Position numbers and translations under genes: made by a program | Notes under the pieces: model-generated | The model's database searches: none | Told to the model about the DNA's origin: nothing | Seen by the model: only the letters and a program-made list of their open reading frames with translations | Part shown: positions 26,900-42,100 of the stretch, one piece after another | Numbering within the stretch: the stretch's first letter is position 1 | Layout: every line of letters begins with the position of its first letter | NCBI GenBank assembly: GCA_951406725.2 | Contig: OX597824.1 | Location: 99,916,489 to 99,980,488, forward strand | Length of the DNA: 64,000 bases | Direction of reading: 5' to 3' | Source of the DNA: Octopus vulgaris | Lineage: Eukaryota

Positions 26900-27360
26900 A
26901 TTCTTTTCTACTCTAGGCACAAGGCCCGAAATTTTGGGGGATGGGGACAGTTGATTAGATTGACCCCCAGTATGCAACTGGTACTTAATTTATTGACTCT
27001 GAAAGGATGAAAGGCAAAGTCGACCTCAGCAAAATTTGAACTCAGAATGTAAAGACAAAATACTGCTAAGCATTTTGCCCAGCGTGCTAACATTTCTGCT
27101 AGCTCGCCACCTTAATGCCAACAACATATTTCATTATTGCCTACAGGGGGCTAAACATAGAGGGGATAAACAAGGACAGACAAAGGGTTTTAAGTCGATT
27201 ACACCAATCCCAGTGCATAATTGGTACTTATTTAATAGACCCCAGAAGAATGAAAGGCAAAGGCAACCTCAGTAGAATTTGAACTCAGAACGTAATGGCA
27301 GACGAAATACTGCTAGGCATTTCGCCCGGTGTGCTAATTTTTCTGCCAGCTCGCCACCTT
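26900..27360 (-). mobile_element. Two head-to-tail tRNA-derived SINEs with different 3' halves
   Basis: Same head and core as 25121-25575. The second copy has a distinct tail (gcctacaggggg...ggacagacaaagg). Confidence 0.85.
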
Positions 27361-27648
27361 AATGACAACAACATATTGCTAATAGAAGGATACAATAGGA
27401 GCTAGCAAATGGATTGACACTGTTAAATTAACCAGTTGACAATAGTTACTGCAAGATATATTACCCAAACATTTTTGAAGTGAAAAATGTAAAATATATA
27501 TATTTTAAAATTTTCTAAATGCTTTACAGTTCTTTGAAAGCAGGACTCTTTAAATTTTTATAACACTACATTTATATTCATTTTTAAAAAATATTAACAC
27601 TAATTGTTGTAAATAAAATATTTCTTGATGTCTTTCCCCTCTCTACAG

Positions 27649-27879
27649 TTCTACTTTGCAAAAATCCCTTATGATGCACACGCTAACCAACCAGAAGTAT
27701 CTCTCTATGAAGGACAGTTTGTTACAGTCATTACAAAGAACGATGGAAATGGAAATACTGAATGGTGGGAAGTTGACACGGGTGACAATGTTGGATACTG
27801 TCCAGCTGTCTGCTTGGAAAAAGCAATCAATTTCATGGAAACTGAAGAAATACTTTTCGAAGAGATATTACCAATGTAG
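27649..27879 (+). CDS. Terminal exon of Tuba/DNMBP (ARHGEF36/37/38 family)-like gene: C-terminal SH3 domain
   Basis: Strong acceptor (tctttcccctctctacag). FYFAKIPYDA...EVSLYEGQFVTV...DGNGNTEWWEV...GYCP matches the Tuba-type last SH3 (D..GNTEWW). TAG stop, AATAAA at 27918-27923. Confidence 0.88.
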   Translation, partial: FYFAKIPYDAHANQPEVSLYEGQFVTVITKNDGNGNTEWWEVDTGDNVGYCPAVCLEKAINFMETEEILFEEILPM

Positions 27880-27984
27880 ATACTTTCTATCATTAATTGT
27901 AAAATTGTATTTATACTAATAAAATTATAATTGTTTACATTCATTATTGATATATAATTAATCATATTAAAATTCTCTCACTCT

Positions 27985-28026
<42 letters not shown>

Positions 28027-28027
<1 letters not shown>

Positions 28028-28426
28028 GCGTGATTGTTGCCAGGTCTGCTGACTGGCTCCTGTGCCGGTGACATGTAAAAAACACCATTCGAGCATGATC
28101 ATTACCAGCATTGCCTTACTGGTGGCATGTAAAAGACAACATTTGAGCGAGGTTGTTGCCAGTACCACTGGACTGGCTCCTGTGCAGGTGGCACGTAAAA
28201 ACACCATTTGAGTATGGCCATTGCCAGTACCACCTGACTGGCCTCGTGCCAGTAGCACATAAAAGCACCCACTACACTCTCGGAGTGGTTGGCATTAGGA
28301 AGGGCATCCAGTTGTAGAAACTCTGCCAAATCAGATTGGAACCTGGTACAGCCATCTGGCTTGCCAGTCCTCAGTCAAACCGTACAACCCATGCCAGCAT
28401 GGAAAGCGGACGTTAAACAATGATTA

Positions 28427-28430
<4 letters not shown>
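28027..28430 (+). mobile_element. RTE 3' UTR repeats and tail, inserted within a (TA)n microsatellite
   Basis: About 3 repeat units plus tail ending GGACGTTAAACAATGAT, with (TA)n on both sides. Confidence 0.9.
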
Positions 28431-28469
<39 letters not shown>

Positions 28470-29389
28470 AATTGGTCCAGGAAACTTGATGGTAAAATGT
28501 TTTTATTTTTTCATTTTGTTCCTATCAAATTTTATCCCTAATTTTTGTGGTTATAGAACCTAGCTGTTCTTTCTAGCGTGTTAAATCCCACGAGTGAATT
28601 CCTTATGTGTTTAAATGTACATTGTATGTTATGACTAATACATAGTCTTTGGACTAAATTTTTACACGTTAGGCCACTGGAAATGAAAACTGAGACATTG
28701 GAGCTCAGGTGAATCCTGTCCAACTCGTGCCAGCATTGAAAGTTGATGTAAAATAATGATGATTAGTATGTTTAGTGGTATGTTTTATCAAAACACACGT
28801 ACTAGTATCTTTTCAGTTGTTACCAACAAATTTACTCATGAGGCTTTGATCAGCCCAGAGCCATTGTAAAATGTACTTGCTCAAAGTACTGCACATCTAA
28901 GACTACATTATGTAGTCAAAACTAAGTGATTGTGAATGTCTTAATCACACAACCAGTAGCTCATGATATGATTATTTATTCAGCTAAAAACCTACAATCT
29001 CAGTTTAAAAAGTATAAAGAATAGATGTTTGTATTTAAAGCAAATGGCTATCCGCCAGTTTTCAATCTGGATATCTTATACATCTAGATTGGCAGTTCCA
29101 TTTCATGAAACCAACTGTGGCTAGTTTTAAGAAGTGGCCGTATCATTAACCTGATTTAGCCAGTTTAAATGTTATAGGATTAACAACATAGATTTTAATT
29201 CAACATAAAGCCACTTTTTGTTATGGCTGTTGATTGAAATGATCTGTAATATATCCTTGAGATTTATTCTAACTATTACAAGGATGAAAGACAAAGTCAA
29301 GCTCTGTAAGATTTGAACTTGGAATTGTGGTAACTCTGCCTTTTCTATGAAGTAACAAAACCTGTTAATATTCATGTCTTCTGACTTAC

Positions 29390-29526
29390 CTTTCTGGTTC
29401 TTCATGCTGAGAATTACCACAAGGCTTATACCAAGACCAGTTGCAAGAATGCAAAGGGAGATCATAACAGTTCTCATTTCTAACCAAATAAAGGGCCGAT
29501 TGCCTCTTTTCGTTGTTGTTTCAAGT
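29390..29526 (-). CDS. Candidate exon encoding one transmembrane helix (LETTTKRGNRPFIWLEMRTVMISLCILATGLGISLVVILSMKNQK)
   Basis: Minus-strand acceptor actttatattccAG and donor AG|GTAAGT. Open frame with a ~22-aa hydrophobic stretch flanked by basic residues. Confidence 0.5.
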
Positions 29527-30105
29527 CTGGAATATAAAGTAATTAATACAACTTTCTTTAATTAACAAAGAAAAAAAACAAGAAAGTAATGTGTTCAGAT
29601 TTCAAATAATTTCTTTAAGAATGAATGTATTTTTATTGTTTTAATGTAATATTCTTGGATAGGTTCTGCAGGAATGGGAAGTTGTGATATTCACACCTTT
29701 TCTTTATTCTATCAATATGAGCAAAATTGAATCAACAAGAGGCCATCTATTTGGTTGTTCAACTACTAGAAATAACCAAATCTCCTTAAAATGGGATACA
29801 TTGAATAATGTAATATTAAATATACAAAGCATGATGGACATATCTGAAACTTGTTTAATTATAGTCCTACTTCATTAGGGCTGACCTGGGTCAAACAACA
29901 TTATGAAGGAAGAACTCATTACCTAATGTAGTCTTAGATGTAATATGTCTGAATAAAAGATAGTATGATCACTGCTGGAAGTCTTTGATCATAGATCTGC
30001 TATATCAAAGTAATCCTGGGGCTTAGTCACCTGCATATACCACTGCAGTAACATATCCATAAATCTACAATATTCATCACCTGCAGGTCCACCATATCCA
30101 TGTGG

Positions 30106-33100
30106 GGTCAACGTTAAATGACATTAAATGATGTTAAATGACATGACGTTAAATAACGTTAATGACATGACGTTAAATGTGGTTAAATAACATGAAGGTA
30201 AACGATATGATGTTCTTTGATATGACGTTAAATGTAGGTAAATGACAGGACGTTAAGTCACATGACATAACGCTAAATGATGTTAAATAACATGCCGTTA
30301 AATGACATGACGTTATATTACGTTAAATGAAGTAAAATGATACGACGTTAAATGATTTTAAATGACATGACAATAAATAACGTTAAATGACATGACGGTA
30401 AATGACTTTACATGACGTTAAAACACATGACGTTAAATGATATGACGTTAAATTATTTAAATGACGTTATGGACATGACATTAAACGATGTTAAATGACA
30501 TGACTTTAAATGTCGTTAAATGATATATGATGTGAAATGATGTTGAATGACATGACGTTAACTGACATGATGTTAAATGACATTAAAAGACATGGCGTTA
30601 AATTACTTTGAATGACGTTAACGTACCTGACGGTAAATGACATGACGTTAAATGTAGGTAAGTGACATGACATAACGCTAAATGACATTAAATGACATGA
30701 CGTTAAATGATGTTAAATAACATGACGTTAAACGACATGATGTTATATTATGTTAAATGAAGTAAAATGACACGACATTAAATGATTTTAAATGACATGA
30801 CGTTAATTGAAGTTAAATGACATGACGATAAACAATGTTAAATGACATGACGTTAAATGGTGTTAAATAACATGATGTTATATTACGTTAAATGAAGTAA
30901 AATGACACGACATTAAATGATTTTAAATGACATGACATTAAGTGAAGTTAAATGACATGACGATAAACAACGTTAAATGACATGGTGTTAAATTACATTA
31001 AATGACATGAGGTTAAATGACTTTACATGACATAATATGACATGAGGTTAAATAAGGATAAATGACATGACGTCCAATGATATGACGTTTAGTGACATGA
31101 CAACTGACATAACGTTAAATGATATGATGTCAAATGACATGACGTTGAACGACGTTAAATGACTTTAAATTACAAGAGGTTAAATGACATGACGTTAAAA
31201 CACATGACTTTAGATGACATCATGTTAAACGGCATGTTATTTAACATCATTTATCGTTATGTCATGTGACTTAACGTCCTGTCATTTACCTACATTTAAC
31301 GTCATATCAAAGAACATCATATCGTTTACCTTCATGTTATTTAACCACATTTAACGTCATGTCATTAACGTTATTTAACGTCATTTCATAGAACGTCATG
31401 TCATTTAATGTCATAGCATGACGTTAAATGACATGACGCTAAATTACGTTAAATGACATGACGTTATGGACATGACATTAAACGATGTTAAATGACATGA
31501 CGTTAAATGACATGACGTTATATGATGTTAAATGATATGTGAAATGACGTTGAATGACATGACGTTAAAGGACGTTAAATAACATGAAGTTAAATTATGT
31601 TAAATGACATTAAATGATGTTAAATGACATGACGTTAACGAACTTTGAATGACATGACGTTAACGAACTTTGAATGACGATGTTAAATGAAATGACGATA
31701 AATATCGTTTAATGACGTTAAATGACATGAAGTTAAATAACGTTAAATGACATGATGTTAAATGACGTAAAATGACAACGTTAAATGACATGACGTTAAA
31801 TAATGTTAAATTACATGACGTTGAATTACGTTAAAAGACATGACGCTAAATGACATTAAATTAAATGACGTTAAATGACATGACGTTATATTACGTTAAA
31901 TGACATGAAGTTATATGATGTTACATAACGTTAAATGACATGACGTTAAATGAATTTAAATGAGATGATGTTAAATGGCGATAAATGACGTTAACTTACA
32001 TGATGTTAAATGACATGACTTTAAATAACGTTAAATGACATGACATTAAATGACGTTAAATGACATGACGTTAAACGACGTAAAATGAAGTTAAATAACA
32101 ACGTTAAATTATGTTAAATGACAAGACGTTAAATGACTTTTTACATGACTTTAAATGACGTTAAATGCCATGAAGTTAAATGACGTTAGATGATATGACC
32201 TTAAATGACGTCAAATGATATTAAATGACTTGACGTTAAATTACGTTAAATGACTTGACGTTAAATGATATGACGTTAGATGACATGACGTAAAATGACG
32301 TTAAATTATGTTAAATAACATGACGTTAAAATACATGACGTGACGTGCAATGACATGACGTTCAATAACATGACGTTAAATGACATGACGATAAACAATG
32401 TTAAATGACATGACGTTAAATGGTGTTAAATAACATGATGTTATATTACGTTAAATGAAGTAAAATGACACGACATTAAATGATTTTAAATGACATGACA
32501 TTAAGTGAAGTTAAATGACATGACGATAAACAACGTTAAATGACATGGTGTTAAATTACATTAAATGACATGAGGTTAAATGACTTTACATGACGTAATA
32601 TGACATGAGGTTAAATAAGGATAAATGACATGACGTCCAATGATATGACGTTTAGTGACATGACAACTGACATAACGTTAAATGATATGATGTCAAATGA
32701 CATGACGTTGAACGACGTTAAATGACTTTAAATTACATGAGGTTAAATGACATGACGTTAAAACACATGACTTTAGATGACATCATGTTAAACGGCATGT
32801 TATTTAACATCATTTATCGTTATGTCATGTGACTTAACGTCCTGTCATTTACCTACATTTAACGTCATATCAAAGAACATCATATCGTTTACCTTCATGT
32901 TATTTAACCACATTTAACGTCATGTCATTAACGTTATTTAACGTCATTTCATAGAACGTCATGTCATTTAATGTCATAGCATGACGTTAAATGACATGAC
33001 GCTAAATTACGTTAAATGACATGACTTTAAATGACGTTATGGACATGACATTAAACGATGTTAAATGACATGACGTTAAATGACATGACGTTATATGATG

Positions 33101-36100
33101 TTAAATGATATGTGAAATGACGTTGAATGACATGACGTTAAATAACATGAAGTTAAATTATGTTAAATGACATTAAATGATGTTAAATGACATGACGTTA
33201 ACGAACTTTGAATGACATGACGTTAACGAACTTTGAATGACATGATGTTAAATGAAATGACGATAAATATCGTTTAATGACGTTAAATGACATGAAGTTA
33301 AATAACGTTAAATGACATGATGTTAAATGACGTAAAATGACAACGTTAAATGACATGACGTTAAATAATGTTAAATTACATGACGTTGAATTACGTTAAA
33401 AGACATGACGCTAAATGACATTAAATTAAATGACGTTAAATATGACGTTATATTACGTTAAATGACATGAAGTTATATGATGTTACATAACGTTAAATGA
33501 CATGACGTTAAATGAATTTAAATGAGATGATGTTAAATGGCGATAAATGACGTTAACTTACATGATGTTAAATGACATGACTTTAAATAACGTTAAATGA
33601 CATGACATTAAATGACGTTAAACGACGTAAAATGAAGTTAAATAACAACGTTAAATTATGTTAAATGACAAGACGTTAAATGACTTTTTACATGACTTTA
33701 AATGACGTTAAATGCCATGAAGTTAAATGACGTTAGATGATATGACCTTAAATGACGTCAAATGATATTAAATGACTTGACGTTAAATTACGTTAAATGA
33801 CTTGACGTTAAATGAAATGGCGTTAAATGATATGACGTTAGATGACATGACGTAAAATGACGTTAAATTATGTTAAATAACATGACGTTAAAATACATGA
33901 CGTGACGTGCAATGACATGACGTTCAATAACATGACGTTCAATGACATGACGTTAAATGATGTTAAATGACATGCCGTTAAATAACGTAAAATGACATGA
34001 CGTGAAATTACGTTAAACGTCGTTAAATGACATGACGTTACATTACATGACACTAAATGACGTTAAATGACATGACGCTGAATTACATTAAGTGAAATGA
34101 CGGTAAATAACGTTTAATGACGTTAAATGATGGTAAATGATATGACGTTAAATGACATGACGTTAAATTACATTACGTTATATTACGTTAAATGACGTAA
34201 TATAACATTAAATGACGTGACATGACATAAAGAGAGGTAAAATCACGTGAAATGATATGACGTTAAAAGACGTTAAATGACATGAAGTTAAATGACGTAA
34301 AATAACATGAGGTTAAATGACGTTAAATGATGTTAAATGACATGACATTAAATGACCTTTGATGATATGATGTTAAATGACATGACGTTAAATGAAATGA
34401 CATTAAAGGACATGACGTTAAATGACTTGACGTTAAATGGCGTTAAATTATGTTAAATGACATGACTTTAAATGACGTAAGATGATATGACGTTAAATTA
34501 TGTTAAATGACATGACGTTAAATGACTTGTTAAATGACTTTAAAAGACATGACGTTAAATTACGTTGAATGATATGATGTTAAATGGCATTAAATGACAT
34601 GACATTCAATGACATGACGTTCAATGACATGACGTTAAATAATGTTAAATGACATGCCGTTAAAAAACGTTAAATGCCATGACGTTAAATAAAGTTGAAC
34701 GACATGACGTGAAATTACGTTAAATGTAATTAAATGACATGACGTTAATTGACGTCAAATTACATGACGCGAAATGACATTAAATGAAATGACGTTAAAT
34801 GACATGACGTTATATGACATGACGTTATGTTCCGTTAAATGATGTTAAATGACATGACGTTACATAGCGTTAAATGACTTTAAATGACATGACATTAAAT
34901 GACGTTAGATGACATGCTGTTAAATGACGTTAAATGAAATGATGTTAAATAATTTTAAATGACATGACATTAAATGACGCTAAATGACATGACGTTAAAA
35001 GACTTTAAATGACGTTAAATGAAGTTGAATGACGTGACGTTAAATGACATGACATGATGTTAAATGACATTGAATGACATGATGTTAAAAAACGTTAAAT
35101 AACATGACGTTAAATGTCATGCCGTTAAATAACGTTAAATGACATGACGTTAAATAAAGTTGAATAACATGACGTTAAAGAACGTTAAAAGGAGTTAAAT
35201 GTCGTTACATGACATGACGTTAAATTACATGACGTTTAATGAGATGACATTAAATAACATGACGTGAAATGACGCTAAATGACATGACATTAAATGACGT
35301 AAAATGACAACGTTAAATGACATGACGTTAAATGATATGACGTTAAATTACGTTAAGTGACATGACGTGAACTGACATTAAATAACTTTAAAGGACTAGA
35401 CGTTAAATGATATGACGTTAAATGACTTTAAATGACATGACATTAAATGACAAAACGTTAAATGACGAAAAAATTACGTTAAATGACATGACTTAAAATG
35501 ATGTTAAATGATGTTAAATGACATGACGTTAAATGACATGACGCTAAATGAAGTTAAATGTCATGAGGCTAAAAGTTGTTAAATGAAAAGACGTTAAATG
35601 ACGCTAAATGACATGACGTTAAATGACTTTATATGACATGACGTTCAATGCCGTTAAATGATATGAAGTTATATTACGTTAAATGACATGACGTTAAATG
35701 ATGCTAAATGAAATGACGTTATATGTCGTTAAATGACATGACATTAAATAACATGACGTTAAATGACGTGAAATGACATGGCGTTGAATGACGTTAAATG
35801 ACTTTATATGACATAGCGTTAAATGACGTTCAATGACGTTAAATGATATGAAGTTATATTACGTTAAATGACGCTAAATGAAATGACGTTATATGTCGTT
35901 AAATGACATGACGTTGAATGACATTACGTTAAATAACATGACGTGAAATGACATGACGTCAAATGATGTTAAATGACATGACATTAAATGACGTTAAATG
36001 ACATGTAGTTAAATGACGTTAAATGACATGACGATGAATGACAGTAAATGACGTTAAAAGACATGACGTTAAAATACATGACGTTAAATGCAGTTAAAGG

Positions 36101-39100
36101 ACATGACGTTAAATAAAGTTAAATAAAATGCCGTTAAATAACGTTAAATGACCTGAAATAACAAGACGTTAAATGACGTTACATGACGTTAAATGAGCTG
36201 AAGTACTTGATGTTGAATGACATAACGTTACATAACATGATGTTAAATGATGTTACAAAACATGACGTTAAATGACGTCAAACGACGTTAAATGCCATGA
36301 CGTGAAATGACATGACGTTAAATAACATGACGTTAAATTACAAGACGTTAATTAACGTTAAATGTCAAAGTTAAATGACGTTACATGACATGACGTTAAA
36401 TAACGTTAAATGACATGACGTTAAATGACGCTAACTGACATGACGTTAAATGACGCGAAATGACATGACGTTCAATTACTTTAAATGACATGTCGTTAAA
36501 TGACATGACGTTCAATACATGACGTTAAATGACGTGAATGACATGATGTTAAATGACATGACGTTAAATGACATGATGTTAAAAGACGTTTAATGATGTT
36601 AAATGACATGACGTTAAATGACATGTCGTTAAATGACGTTAAATGATGTTAAATGACATGACATTAACTAACGTTAAATGACATGACTTTAAAAAAGTTG
36701 AATGACAAAGTTAATTGACGTTATATGATATGACGTTAAATGACATGAAGTTAAACACGTAAAATGACATGACTTTAAATGACATGACGTTAATTGACAT
36801 GACGCTAAATGACGTTAAATGACATATCGTTAAATGACATGACGTTAAATTATGTTAAATGACATGACGTTAAATGACATGACGTTAAATGAAATTAAAT
36901 GAAGTAAAATTACATGACGTTAAATGACATGACGCTAAATGATGTTAAATGACATGACGTTAATGACGTTAAATAACTTTATATAACATGACGTTAAATG
37001 ACATGAGGTTAAATGACATGACGCTATATTACGTTAAATGACGTAAAATGACGTGACGTTAAATGACATGACGGTAAATGATGCTAAATAAAATGACTTT
37101 ATATGATGTTAAATGAAATGACGGTAAATAACGTTAAATGACGTTAATTGACATGACGTTAGATAACGTTAAATGACATGACGCTAAATGACTTTAAATG
37201 ACGTAAATTACGAGATGTTAAATGACGACCTTAAATGACATGACGTTAAATGAAAAGCCGTCAAATGATTTAAAAGTCATGACGTTAAATGACATTAAAT
37301 GACATGACGTTTAATGACGTTAAATGACATGATGTTAAATGACGTCAAATGAAGTTAAATGACATGACGTGAAATGATGCTAAATAATGTTAAATAAAAT
37401 GACGCTAAATGACCTTAAATGACATGACGTTATATGACGTTACATGACGTTGAATGACATGACGTAATTTGACGGTATTTGAAGTTATATAACATGATGT
37501 TAAATGCCGTTAAATAACATGACGTTAAATGCTGTTAAATGACATGACGTTAAATAACGTTAAATGATATATCGCTAAATGAACTTAAATGACATGATGT
37601 AAAACGAATTTAAATGACATGAAGTTAAAATACATGACGATAAATGACGTTAAACGACAAGACGTTAAATGACGTTTTAATGACGTAAAATGACGTTGAA
37701 TGACATGACGTTAAATTACATGACGTAGAAGGACGTTAAATGATATGACGTTAAATGACGTTAAATGACATGACTTTAAATGACATGACGTTAAATGTTT
37801 TTAAATGACATGGCGTTAAAAGACATGACGTTAAATAACGTTAAATGACGTTAAATGACATGATATTAAATGACGTTAAATGATATGACGTTATATGATG
37901 TTAAATAACATGAAGTTAAATGATGTTAAATGACGGTAAATGACATGACGTTAAATGAAGTTAAATGACATGACGTTTAATGACCTTAAATGAAGTTAAA
38001 TGACATGACGTTAAATGACATGACGCAAAATGACATTAAATGAATGACGTTAAAGGACGTTAAATGACGTTAAATGATATGACGTGAAATCACGTTAAAT
38101 GACGTTAAAAGACGTTAAATAACGTTAAGTGACATAACGTAAAATGACGTTAAATGACGTTAAATGAATGAACTTAAATGACGTTAAATTATGTTAAATG
38201 ATGTGTCGTTAAATACGTTGAATGACATGACGTATTTAACGACACATCATGACTTTAAATAACGTTAAATATCGTTAACACCACGTTAAATGACATGACG
38301 TTATATGACGTTAAATACCATGACGTTAAATGTTGTTAAATGACGGTAAATGTGATGACGTTCAATGATATGACGTTAAATGACAGGACGTTTAATGACG
38401 TGGAATGAAGTTAAATGACATGACGTTAAATGACATGATGCTAAATGACGTTAAGTGAAGTTATATGACATGACGATAAATGACAACAAATGATATGACG
38501 TTAAAGGAGTTAAATGACGTTAAATAACATGACGTGAAATTACGTTCAATGATGTTAAAAGACATGACGTTAAATGACTTTAATCACGTTAAATGACATG
38601 ACGATAAATGACTTTGAATGTCATGACGTTATTTTACGTTAAATGACACGACGTTAAATGACTTTAAATGACATGACGTGAAATAACTTGAAATGACATG
38701 ACGTTAAATAACGTAAAATGACATGACGTTAAATGATATGACCTTAAATGACGTTAAATCATGTTAAATGACAAGACGTAAAATGACATGATGTTAAATG
38801 ACGTTAAATGACATGACGTTAAATTACGTTAAATGACATGACGTTGAATGACATGACGTTAAATGACGCTAAATGATTTTATATGACGTTAAATGACATG
38901 AGATTAAATGACGTTAAATGACATGACGTTAAATGAAATGACGTTAAATGAAATGACGTTAAATGATGGTAAATGACATGTCGTAAAATGACGTTAAATG
39001 ACATCACGTTAAATGAAGTTCAATGATGATAAGTGACATGACGTTATATTACGTTGAATGACGTTAGATGAAATGAAGTTAAATTACGTTACTTAACGTT

Positions 39101-42100
39101 AAATGACATGACGTTGAATGACTTTAAATGACGTTAAATGACATGATGTTAAATGACATGACGTTAAATGACATTATATGACATGATGTTAAGTGACGCT
39201 AAATGACATGACGTTAAATGATGTTAAATGAAGTGAAATGATATTACGTTAAATGACGTTAAATGACATGACGTTAAATGTCATGACGTTCAATGACATG
39301 ACTTTAAATGACGTTAAATGACATGCCGTTAAATTTCGTTAAATAACATGAGGTTAAATATAGTTGAATGACATCACGTCAAATGACGTTAAATGCCATG
39401 ACGTTCAATGATGTTAAATGACATGACATTAACTGACATGTTAAATGACATGACATTAACTTTAAATGACTCGATGTAAATGACGTTAAATGACATGACG
39501 TGAAATGACATTAAATGATGTTAAATGACGTTAATTGACATGACGTTTAATGACATGACGTTAAATGACGTTAAATGACATGACGCTAAATTATATTAAA
39601 TAACGTTAAATGACATGAGGCTAAATGACATTAAATGACATGACTTTAACTGACGTTAAATTACGTTTAATGACATGACGTTAATTCATGTTAAATGACA
39701 TGACGTTATATGACGTTAAATGACTTTAAATGACATGACGTCGAATGACTTTATATGACATGACGTTAAATGACGTGATGTTAAATGACGTTCAATGACG
39801 ATAAATGGCATGACCTTATATTACATTAAATGACGTTAAATGAAATGACATTAATGACGTTAAATAACGTTAAATGGCGTTAAATGACAATACGTTAAAT
39901 TACATTAAATGACGACGTTCAATGACATGGCGTTAAATGACGTTCAATGACATGACGTTAAATGACGTTAAATAACGGAAAATGTCGTTAAATGACGTTA
40001 AATGATATGACCTTAAATGACGTTAAATCATGTTAAATGACAAGACGTTAAATGACATGATGTTAAATGACGTTGAATGACATGACGTTAAATAACGTCA
40101 AATTACGTTAAATGACATGCCGTTGAATGACATGACGTTTAATGATGCTAAATGATGTTATATGACGTTAAATGACATGACGTGAAATGACGTAAAATGA
40201 AATGACGTTAAATGATGGTAAATGACATGTCGTTAAATGACGTTAGATGACGTTAAATGACATGACGTTAAATGACGTTAAATGACATGACGTTATATTA
40301 CGTTAAATGACGTAATATTACGTTAAATGACGTTAAATGAAATGACGTTAAATTACGTTACATAACGTTAAATGACATGACGTTGAATGAAGTTATATGA
40401 CATGACGTTAAATTATGTTAAATGACATGACGTTAAATGACGTTAAATAACGTTAAATGACGTTATATGACATGATGTTAAATAACGCTAAATGACATGA
40501 CGTTAAATGTTATTAAATGACATGACGTTAAATGACATGACGTTGAATGACATGACGTTAAATGACATGACGTTAAATGACTTTAAATGAAGGGAAATGA
40601 TATTACGTTAAATGACATGACGTTAAATGACATGACGTTAAATGTCATGACATTCAATGACATGACTTTAAATGACGTTGAATGACGTGACGTTAAATGA
40701 CATGACGCTAAATGACATGACGCTAAATGACGTTAAATAACGTTAAATGACATGCCGTTAAATTTCGTTAAATGACATGACGTTTAATATCGTTGAATGA
40801 CATGACGTTAAATGACGTTAAATGCCATGACGTTAAATGATGTTAAATGAAATGACGTGAAATGACGTTAAATGATGTTAAATGACATGACGTTAAATGA
40901 CATGACGTTAAATGACATGACGTTAAATGACATGACGTTAAATGACGTTTAATGACATGACGTTAAATGACGTGACGTTAAATGACGTTGAATGACATGA
41001 CGCTAAATGACGTGAAATAACGTTAAATGACATGACGCTAAATGACATTGAATGACATAACGTTAACTGACGTTAAATTACGTTTAATGACATGTCGTTA
41101 AATCATGTGAAATGACATGACGTTATATGGCGTTAAATGACTTTATATGACATGACGTTAAATGACGTGATGTTAAATGACGTTCAGTGACGTTAAATGA
41201 CATGACGTTATATTACATTAAATGACGTTAAATGACATGACGTTAAATGACAATACGTTAAATTACATTAAATGACATGACGTTCAATGACAGGGCGTTA
41301 AATGACGCTCAATGACATGACATTAAATGAAATGACGCTAAATGCCGTGAAATGACATGACGTTAAATGGCGTTAAAAGATGTTAAATGTCATGACGTTA
41401 AATGACGTTACATGACGTTCAATGATGTTAAATGACATGACGTTAAATGATGTCAAATGTCGTTAAATGACATGCCATTAAATAATGTTAAATGACGTAA
41501 AGTGACATGGCGTTAAATGACATGACGTTGAATGACATGACGTTAAATGACGTTCAATGACATGACGTTACATGACGTTCAATGACATGATTTTAAAACG
41601 ACATGACGTTAAATGACATGACGTTTAATGACGTTAAATGACATGACGTTAAATGACGTTAAATGACTTTAAATGACATTACGTTCAAAGTCGTTAAATG
41701 ACGTTAAATGACATGAGGTTAAATGACGTTAATTGACGTTAAACGTCATGACGTTAAATTACATGACGTTAAATGACGTTAATTGACGTCAAATGACATG
41801 ACGTTAAATGACATGCCGTTAAATAATGTTAAACTACATGACGTTAAATAAAGTTGAATGACATGACATTATATGACATAACGTTAAATGACGTTAAATG
41901 ACATGACGTTAAATGACGTTAAATGACATGACGCTAAATGACTTTAAATGACAAGACGTTAAATGACGTTAAATGATATGATGTTAAATGACGTTAAATG
42001 ACATGACGCTAAATGACATTAAATGACATAACTTTAAATACGTTAAATGACGTTAAATGTCATGACGTTTAATGACTGTAAATGACATGACGCTAAATGA

